64,000 nt of DNA, from assembly GCF_009914755.1 (NCBI RefSeq), contig NC_060927.1; one strand, 5' to 3'. Shown piece after piece: positions 53,481 through 64,000 of the stretch; the first letter of the stretch is position 1, and the number at the start of each line of letters is the position of its first letter. The notes beneath the pieces are model-generated. The model searched no databases, had not been told where the DNA came from, and saw nothing but the letters and a program-made list of their open reading frames with translations. The stretch is from the human T2T-CHM13v2.0 reference genome, Homo sapiens. A program made the translations under genes and the position numbers.

Positions 53481-55128
53481 CCCACTTAGAGATGACAGAA
53501 TAACGAATATATATGAATTAAAATGAATGGAACAACAACAATAACAACAGCCATCACTTATGTAGTGCTTACTGTGTTCCAGGCATTGATCTAAATGCTT
53601 TACATATATGAATTCTTAATTCCTAATACAAAAAAGTGAGTGTTCCTTCTTGATCTGGAGCCAAGACTGCATCTATCAAAATGGGAATCTGATCATCTCT
53701 CCCATCTGCCCCCCACCCCACGTACATCAATGGTCTACATGACAATGCTACAATTAATTCCAGAAGTAAACTTAACCTCTCACTAAGTGCCCAGCCAAAG
53801 AGACTGCATGGTTTCCCAGTATGAAAATGTGAAGGATCAATTCACAATTTGTTTCCTGCAAAACTGTCATTCCTCTCTTCATACCCATCACTGGAGAAAT
53901 TACTTTTCAGACCATTCTACAGCTTGGGAATACTAAATAAGCCCTAATGAGTTCAAAAGTCGGTAATGACAGTACTAATTCAGTGGCCTGTTTGGTAGAA
54001 AGTCAGTCTCCCTTCTTCAAAAGCAAAATAGGATTATCAAGTGAGCTGGGAGCATTTTCTTTACGTGATTGATGGGTAGAAAAAGTAATCACCTTTGAAG
54101 TGCCACAACATATAATATATCTCCTGTGTTCTCTTTCTTCTTCTGACACCCACAAGTAATTGAAGGGAAGGGAGCCTCTTAGAATGACCAACGAAGTGAA
54201 GGTGACAACCCTTTCTCTGCTATCTACCACTAGAGTGACATGCTGGGGTCTTGAATAGTTGAGAACTGACATGAGTGTCTTTGATGGGCTGCTTTGATGC
54301 TTGGTTCAGAGTGTACCTGCCACCAGTCAGGCCACACAGACTTTGGGTGAAACATACATCTAAGGAGACAAGTGTTACTACTTCTTAGAAGCAAAGGGCC
54401 TGTGCACCTGTGAAAGAAGATCTGTTGTCTGAGCTCTGGGGTCGGGGTAAGGTCCGCAAGGTGGAAGTGAAGGAAGTCAAGGAGCAAAGCAAGTTGAAGC
54501 AGGTAAGAAACACTGAATATGATTTCAAAACAGTTTCTCATCATACTCATCCATAATGACCGATTAACCACAATGTTCAGACTGACAACTAGGAGATCAT
54601 TAGCCTCTTGACCTCAGCTCACTGATGCAGAAGCAGACAGTCGTCTCCTTGGAAAAGGCACTGCTCTACAGTAGCTTACTTTGTAAGGGGATTTTTGCAA
54701 CTACAAGTAATTCAACTGAAACAGAGTTGACACTCAAAAACCTTAAGAAGCAGGGATTATCAGGCAGGTGAACAGTTTTATTCTTAAGAGCTCACTCTTT
54801 CTGAACTCTCCTAAAGCCCATCCAGGCAAGGACATATCAGTTTGTTATCTGAAGGAAGAAAAATGCTTTGAAGAAGATTTATAAAGAGGAAGGGTCTTTG
54901 GTTTATTGACAAGAAAGTAAAAGACTTTCTAGAGTTGTAAGCGAAATGTCGCTGTTCAGGTTCTAGAACTTGCTGGCTAGAGAACAGATGGCTGCCACTT
55001 GTTGGCACCTGGAGTGACAAGGAGTTGAGGAAGGAAGAGAGTGTCATCCATGTGATCTGGCACAGAACATTCTTCTCTGGAGCCACTCTTATAAAGAAGA
55101 GACTGGGATATTTGGTGGGTTTACTGTA

Positions 55129-55541
55129 TGATATGGTTTGAATCTGTGTCCCTGCCCAAATTTCACGTGGGATTGTAATCCTTAATGTTGGAAGTGGGGC
55201 ACGGTGAGAGGTGATTTGATCATGGGGGCGGTTTCTCACGAATGGTTTCGCACCATCCCCTTGGTGCTGTTCTCATGATAGTAAGTTACCATGAGATCTG
55301 GCTGTTTAAAAGTGTGCGGCACCTCCCACCTTGCCTTTCTTCTCCTGCTCCCACCACATGAGATGCCTCACTCCCCCTTTCCCTTTGCCATGACTGGAAG
55401 CTTGCTGAGACCTCCCTAGAAGCCGAAGCTGCTATGCTTCCTGTATGGCATACAGAACTGTGAGCCAATTAAACCTCTTTTCTTTATAAATTACCCAGTC
55501 TCAGATATTTCTTTACAGCAATGTGAGAACAGACAAATACA
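55129..55541 (+). mobile_element. MSTA/B solo LTR
   Basis: TGATATGGTTTGAATCTGTGTCCC...GAACAGACAAATACA; TSD CTGTA/CCATA, both derivable from CCGTA by CpG decay. Confidence 0.93.
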
Positions 55542-56630
55542 CCATAGTACCTCCAACCTGCTAATTAAGTCAGGAGTCTCCCCCTGGTTGGCTGCTACCC
55601 ACAGGCTCCACTACTGGTGAGTCGTAGAAGACAAATAAAGGCATTTTAAGGAATAGTACGACAATAATCTCTAGATACATCTGCAATCAAGTAACAGTAA
55701 CCCCTCTCAGAAGCTATGCCAGTATGTTGCAGATACTGAACACACATCTGTTAAATGAATGAAAATGAATGAAAGAATAAATGATTATACAGTGTACTTG
55801 TTTCATAATTGTAACTGGTTTATATTGATTTGGTTATATCTGCTTGGTACCATGTGAGTTTTGATTACATAAAGATCTACAGTCTTTGTATGACATGGCC
55901 TCAGAACACAAGTCAACTTCTTCATCTGGTTCTCAACCTAAGAAATAATGATCTGTTGCAAGGACAGGCTGGCCATGGTAGAAGTACGAAGCAACATTTT
56001 ATCTACATAGTACTTTAGAGGTAATGTAAGAGATTTTCAAAATCATGCTTTTACAATGTCTACATTAAGGTCTGGCTTTTAACTAAAAAGTATGTGAAAC
56101 ATGATAGCATTTCTAGATTGATTCCATTCAGAGGTGCTTTTATTTCACACATATATCTCAGACCAAGGGTAAGTATGGTAAGAACAAGTCACTAGGAGGC
56201 CAGCAAGAGAGGATTAATGAATGGAAGAAATGGAAAGGAGAGTGAAACACTGGTAAACTCATCCCAGCTCCAGCAAGAGGGGCCAAGATATCTGAGCTAG
56301 CTGGAACAGCACAATAATAAAAATAATAACAATAATGACATTCACTGTGAGCAAAAGAACTCTGTAAGCAAATCAAAAATATCAGTGCTAAGGGTCTTAA
56401 TAGCTGATTATAATGAACTTCCTCATGTAATCTCAGGGAGCAGAAAAGAGAAAATAGATTGTGCATCTGTTCAAACTAAACATATTTCAAGCTGGAACCA
56501 GCTTGGTGCCAAAGACATCTCTGTCACAGAGAAGAAAAAATTCCAAATGGAAGAAAAATTCCACTTCATGCTCAAACACCATGAACTTCGACAGGAAAAT
56601 TAGGTAACCACTGCCTCACTTACAAGGCAA

Positions 56631-57470
56631 CGCATCAGTTTCCTATGGCTGCAGTAACAGATTAACACAAACTTAGTGGCTTCAAACCACACCACTTTCT
56701 TATCTTGCTCTTCTGGAAGTTGGGGGTCTGACACAGGTCTCCAGGTGTGGGCAGAGCTGACACCTTGAGCCTGACGCAGGTCTAAAATCAAGTTGTGCGC
56801 AGAGGTGACTTCCTTTCCAGAGGCTTCTTTTCCAGTTTCTAGAGTCCAACTACATTCCTTGGCTCGTGGCCTCTTCCTTCATCTTTAAAGTCAGCAATAA
56901 TGGGACGAAACCATCTCACATCACATCACTCTGACCTGCTTTTCTGCCTCCCACCTCCACTTCTAAGAATCCTTGAGATTACACTGAGCCCACCTGGACA
57001 GTCTAGGATAATCTTCCTATTTTAACATCAGCTATTGAGCAACCTCAATTCCATCTGCAACCTTAATTCCCCACTGCATATAAGGTAACACAGCCACAGT
57101 TTCTGGGGATTACGACATGGAGGTCTTTGGTAGGAGGGGGGTATTCTATCCAGGGATCCCCAACCGCCGTGCCACACAGCAGGAGGTGAGTGGCGGGTGA
57201 GCAAGCATTACTGCCTGAGGTTAGCTTCCTATCAGATCAGCAGCAGCATTCATTTCTCACAGGAGCAAGAACCCTACTATGAACTGCACATGCGAAGGAT
57301 TTAGAATGCGGGCTCCTTATGAGAATTTAATGCCTAATGATATAGGGTGGAACAGTTTCATCCCGAAACCACTCCCTCCACCACCGGGTCTGTGGGAAAA
57401 TTGTCTTCCATGAAACAAGGTCCCTGGTGTCCTAAAGGTTGGGGACTGCTGTTCTATATTGCCTACTACA
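56631..57470 (-). mobile_element. MLT1D-like LTR interrupted by MER1B
   Basis: ATCAGTTTCCTATGGCTGCAGTAACA..CCCACCTGGA..AGGATAATCT..AAGGTAACA..TGCCTACTACA. Confidence 0.88.
57151..57451. mobile_element. MER1B (hAT-Charlie)
   Basis: TIRs CAGGGATCCCCAACC / GGTTGGGGACTGCTG; internal GGCTCCTTATGAGAATTTAATGCC; TTCTAT on both flanks. Confidence 0.92.
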
Positions 57471-58139
57471 GGCATCAATGTTTCAAATTTACTTAAAAAT
57501 CTGTTCAGGTCCAGCTACCACAAATACAAGTGAGTGCCTCTCATTTGTGAAAAACTGTGTATGTGTAAGGTGTGAGAATCCTATCTTATTTTGCTAGGCA
57601 GAGCTGAATATATGTGCTCTCAAAGCCCCCAGAATTCCAGAAAACCAAAATTTAAAAAAAAATATTGAAGATTAAAAAACAGAGAGACAGTGTTACCCAG
57701 TGAAGTTTCTAAGAGAGTCTACCCACTAACAGACTTTTCCCCATCTCAAGTTCTCAATCATTCATTTTGTTACATTTTTTTATATTTGACAAATGATATC
57801 TAATGCATTTCATTGCTGTTAGCAGTTTAGACACTTATGAGAAATTAAAACCCCATTAAGTGTGAAGGCATCTAAACAATACCAGATCTGCCTTCCACTG
57901 AATATATTTTGGGATGACAGGTCTGCTTCATCTGACTCCTCAACAAGAACAGCTTATGAAACTCACAGTTTTAGTGACAGGGCCCAACCGGCACCTATTT
58001 TTGTATCACCTGGAAAAAAAAATGCCCACATAGGCAATACATCTGATACAGAAATGAAATTAAATAGAACAATACTGAGGCATCAACCACTCAGATCCAT
58101 TTCACTGTTTCCTATTCTGAGACAACCTAATTGAAGGTG

Positions 58140-58800
58140 GCATTCCAAGGTTAAATCCTAGCTCTGACAGCATCTCCTGTCAGACACCTGTCAAAATGTA
58201 ATAAGACACCTGTGAAAGGGAAGTGATGCCAAAGCCACATCATTTTCCCCTACACCTTGATTCCTAACTTGCAGGATTCATGTCACCCAGCAAACAGAGT
58301 GGTAGCTGGGTGCTGCTGGCACTGTGCCACCATTTGCAGGTGAGGGAGGGAAGCGAAGGGAACGCAAGGGGCGGGGGAGAGAGAGAGAGAAGGAGAGAGG
58401 GAGAGAAAAAAAAAGACAACACTGCAAAAGGAAGCACCCAAGCGTTTTAAGTTTAGCAAATGATTATGAGCATAAAAGGACAACTCTGAACGGACTTGAA
58501 TTTTAGGATTCATCCCTAGAGTCTTGATCATGATCAGAAGCAGGGAATTATTTTTTAATATCTGTTTTACATAATTAAGGGGTGGTAGCTTTCATGCAAA
58601 TGAACGCTTTGAATGCTCACAACACCAAATGGGCTTCATTAGCTTAGCTGGGCAATTATGAAGCAGGAAGTAAAAAGCTGAGATAAAGACTTATCTCAAA
58701 AAGGTCTGAAGCAGGGCGTGTTGATAGCCAAGAGGCACAACGATGCATTTTGTACATTTATTACCTCGGAGGCAAAACTTCTAGGATTCTAGATAGCTTT
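58140..58800. promoter_or_regulatory. Candidate enhancer/promoter-like element in repeat-free DNA
   Basis: TGACAG x3, CACCTG x2, GC box 58368-58377, GA tract, octamer ATGCAAAT 58594-58601, ETS 58664-58671, inverted GATA pair 58681-58696; motif evidence only. Confidence 0.45.
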
Positions 58801-59576
58801 GAAAGCAGTGCATACATTCCATTTAACACCCAAATGAAACAGGTGGAATGTTTAAAGATCTGTAGAAAGTCTTGAAATCGTTCCCACACATTGGAAGGTT
58901 TTACCAAACCTTCTCTATTTATTCTAAGTGCTTTTTCTATTGTTTTTCAATTGCTTCTCTCATTTCCCTCCCGTGTACATTTCAGAGAAAATTGGAGAGC
59001 TTAAAATGCGACTAAATATAACCCCTGCACTAAGCAAACAGTGAATAAATCCTTAAGAAATTATTTTTGAAGCATATTCTTTCTGATTTGATTTAAAAAC
59101 TGCAATATCACATGTGAGTCTTGCTCAGGAGAAAGGCTATTTGTTCACAAGACGACCAAGCATGTAGAGGGAAAGCTGAGGGTGAAGGGACTGAATCCGG
59201 TTCTCAGCTATTTCAATACAGATGTTTTTCTAGATAATCGGCCTCATTGTAAGTTAAAGAATCAAACATAAATCAGATCTCTCACAGGCTGAGAAAAGGC
59301 AAAACAACAGCCTGTTCGTTCTGTAAAAGGACCATTCTAGTTGGCCTATCTGGTACAACCACCTTGTTTAAAAGACAGTAAACTGAATCCAGCAAAAGTT
59401 TATTGACTTGGTCCAGAATATTACTGAGCCACCACCACAGCCAGGCTTACATCCCAGAGCTCCTGTTTCCCATCCTGGGCTGTGTATATTCTTCCACGTC
59501 ACCTCCCCAGGTGGCTGGCTTTGAGAAGAAGGGAATCATAAAAAGACCAGAAATAACATATACACCTTGAAGGAGT

Positions 59577-60164
59577 TGACACAGGATTTTTTCTTGATCA
59601 CTTTGCAAGCCAGGGACCTCTGGCCAGTGACACCCTGCCCAGGCCTCACTCGGCCATGCTACTTGCTATAGGAGATGGCCCGCCCACTTAGCCCGCTCAG
59701 GCCGAGTCTGACTTGCACACTAGTTCCCAAGTTCTTGTCCTGCGCCCCAGCAGAATGAGGATACACTGACAATCAAAGAAAAAGTCAGGGAGTTTTATTG
59801 AGTGATGAAAACAGCTTTCAGCAGAGTGGGGATGCAGGGGTGGTCCCCCTATCTGAAGGCAGGAAAGTCCACCCAATTTGTCTGAGTCTGGGGCTTTTAT
59901 AGGCTCAGAATAGGGGAGGGGCAGGCAGTAGGTAGTACTCGAAAAAGCAACATTAGATTGGTTCAACGGCATTATTCAGAAAGAATCAACCAAGAAAGGT
60001 CAGGCAAACAGAAACGCAAGTTCTCACTCTGGGTCGCAGGTTTCATCCAGGACCAGCAGTCTGGTCTTTCAGCCTTCAGGCTGTTTCTGTTGGTTCGGAG
60101 GTGGGATTTCACTGGGGACTCACCTCTATCTGACTAGGTATTTGGCTGCCTCCTACTGTCCTCA
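59577..60164 (-). mobile_element. ERV1 solo LTR (LTR27/LTR28/MER52 group)
   Basis: TG..CA termini; CCCAAGTTCTTGTCCTGCG..AGAATGAGG..TTTATTGAG; 4-bp TSD GAGT (59573-59576 / 60165-60168). Confidence 0.85.
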
Positions 60165-60454
60165 GAGTCATCTGTTCATCAGTTTGTTTTCCCTGTACCT
60201 TCCTTTCTCACAAACATTCCATTGGCAGATTTCTGTTTTGTTCTGTGTGTTTCCTTTCCTTCTCCCCAGTTCAAGCTGAGGCAGACGCATGGACAAAGAA
60301 AAACAAACTGCTGGCTAAATACAGAGCAGAGAGTGTCATGGAATGTTTACAGAGGAAATGGTTTTAGGAACCAGAGAGTAGGAAAAGCTCAGGCTGGGGA
60401 AGGGGCAGGAGGATGCAAGAGGGAATGACTTTAGGGTATAAAAGGAATGGAAAC

Positions 60455-60600
60455 GGCCAGGCACAGTGGCTTGTGCCTATAATCCTAGCACCTTGGGAGA
60501 CTGGGGCAGGAGGATTCCTTCAGGCTAGGAGTTCAAGGCCAACCTGGCCAACACAGTGAGACCCTATCTCTGTTATTATTAAAAAAAAAAAAAAAAAAAA
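60455..60600 (+). mobile_element. FLAM (free left Alu monomer)
   Basis: Single monomer plus A tail; TSD AAAAGGAAT(G/A)GAA on both sides. Confidence 0.9.
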
Positions 60601-61014
60601 AAGGAATAGAAGAACTCGAGTCCTTAAAGAATTAGGGTCTCCATGTAGAGTACCAGGTGGCCAGGTGAAAACATACCCAAATATCAAGTAAGGACACCCA
60701 TTGGCCAGCACCCCCAAACTTTAGTCCAGTTATTACACCCAACTTGGACTGGCAATTTATCCCCTACAGGTAATTGAACATCTTATGGTCTGGGAAATCT
60801 ACCAGCCCCTCCAAACAGAAGATGAGGAGCTTAAATGGAATAGTAGGAAGGGGGAGCTTTACCCCTTGACCATGATGGGTCTAAATAAAATGAGCTGGGA
60901 ATTTCCCTAGGAGCCCAGGGTAGTGCTACAAAGAGGACACACTGCCCCTGAGGTATACTGTGTTCATTTGGGAGCTATCTAGTCCCAGTTTTCCAAGACA
61001 GACTCCAGGGAAAA

Positions 61015-62487
<1,473 letters not shown>

Positions 62488-62879
62488 TATTCTGTTAGCT
62501 CACCAATGTTTACCTGATCTTACACTTGTCCTAACTTCTAATATGGAAAGGATAGGCCAATGATATAGTAGAGTGCTTAGATTTGACTGTTGACCACTGG
62601 CTCTCAAAGCCTCTCCAGTATAACTGCCTCTGCCTCTTCACCCCATCTCCCACTGTGCCTAAAACCCAACACTCCAGCCAAAGAGTAATCATGCGCTGTT
62701 GCCTGAACATACCCCATACTTGTCTCCTACTAGTCTTTGCTCATGCCAGTCTTCCTAACTCAAAGGCTCTCCCTTTGCTCTGTTTACCTCTTGATAACTT
62801 ATCCGTCTACCAACCAAGAATTTTTAACATCTGAAATGATTCACAAATGGAATGGGATGGGCTCAAACGATAAAAATAA

Positions 62880-63075
62880 TAATGGCTAATTTGGTGTCAG
62901 GAACTGTGCTAAGCATGTGGAATACATTATTCTCATAATTACCTAAGAGGGAGCTATAATAATCCTCATTTCATAGATGAGGCCCAGGAGGGTCAAAGAA
63001 CATTTCCAAGGTCACTCAGCTGGGATTCTGACCCAATCAGTAGGACTTTAGAGCTGGGCTGTTAACCTGTACCCT
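62880..63075 (-). mobile_element. MIR
   Basis: CCTCATTTCATAGATGAGGCCCAGG..CCAAGGTCAC..CTGGGATT. Confidence 0.7.
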
Positions 63076-63248
63076 CTATGCCTCTAATGGTCCTTCTAAC
63101 ACTGTGACCCTGGCATTTTATAATGTAACTGTTTCTCCCCAGATCCCTTTCTGAATGCCCCCAATGAGGTGTAAGCCCTCCTTACTCTGGAAGTTATCTC
63201 ACTGGCCTCACCCGACATATTTACATACTTTTTTCATCTCACCAAATA

Positions 63249-63384
63249 CAGATGGTCCCTAACTTCAATGGTTCATCTCAAATTTTTTTGACTTTTTAAT
63301 GGTTTACTGGGAGTATTAAATGCATTTTAACTCATGATAAGTTTATTGGGACACAGCTCCATCATATGTCATAGAGCATGTATA
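63249..63384. mobile_element. MER6-family Tigger MITE (short)
   Basis: TA-CAGATGGTCCCTAACTT..ATGGTT / TTTATTGGGACAC..CCATCATATGTC..GAGCAT termini. Confidence 0.65.
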
Positions 63385-63673
63385 CTGGGTAAGCTTCATG
63401 AAAGCGGAAACTCTGGCTGATTTACCCACAATCAGACTGTCTGAGCTGCAGCAGATATTAAAGTATTTTTCGTGAATGAACATCTTTCATGCTTCACACA
63501 GTAGAAGTGCTCCGTAAATGGTTGTGGTGTGTGTTGAATTCTGTTCAAACAATTATCAGGAACAACAGTCACAGTTTTTCACAGTAGCACACTGGAACCC
63601 CCTTTCTTCACTGTGAGTGCTGCCCTGACCCTGACAATCAGGTCAACTGGACAGTCTGTTCTCACCAGTCTCA

Positions 63674-63999
<326 letters not shown>

Positions 64000-64000
64000 C

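Noticed and set aside
54364-54432. GDKCYYF peptide resembling a C-type lectin motif
   Set aside because: Preceded immediately by a stop, no downstream W..S/A...C or WIGL motifs; chance match

Overview
Primate (human or ape-like) AT-rich non-coding DNA, intergenic or deep intronic. I find no supportable host protein-coding exon, RNA gene, CpG island or CRISPR array. Nearly all listed ORFs are chance ORFs or Alu/L1/MaLR translations. The window is dominated by interspersed repeats: 8 Alus plus a FLAM, two truncated primate L1PA copies, old L1M/L2/MIR fragments, many MaLR LTRs (including a complete two-LTR MSTB-type provirus), other LTRs (MER50, MER57/MER41, LTR47-like, LTR27-like) and DNA transposon fossils (Charlie/MER33, MER1B, MER5A, MER53, MER58A, MER103C, MER117, Tigger2a, MER6). 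Family names come from recalled consensus similarity, not a search, and boundaries of old repeats are approximate. The most notable observations are: a ~100-bp mosaic insertion at ~2.94-3.05 kb stitched from templates 1.3 and 3.4 kb away; a fossil EnvV-like envelope fragment in a collapsed MER57/MER41 provirus; and several repeat-free, motif-dense candidate regulatory elements (best at ~58.1-58.8 kb, and a CTCF-like site at ~42.76 kb). I cannot support a genuinely new biological system in this window.
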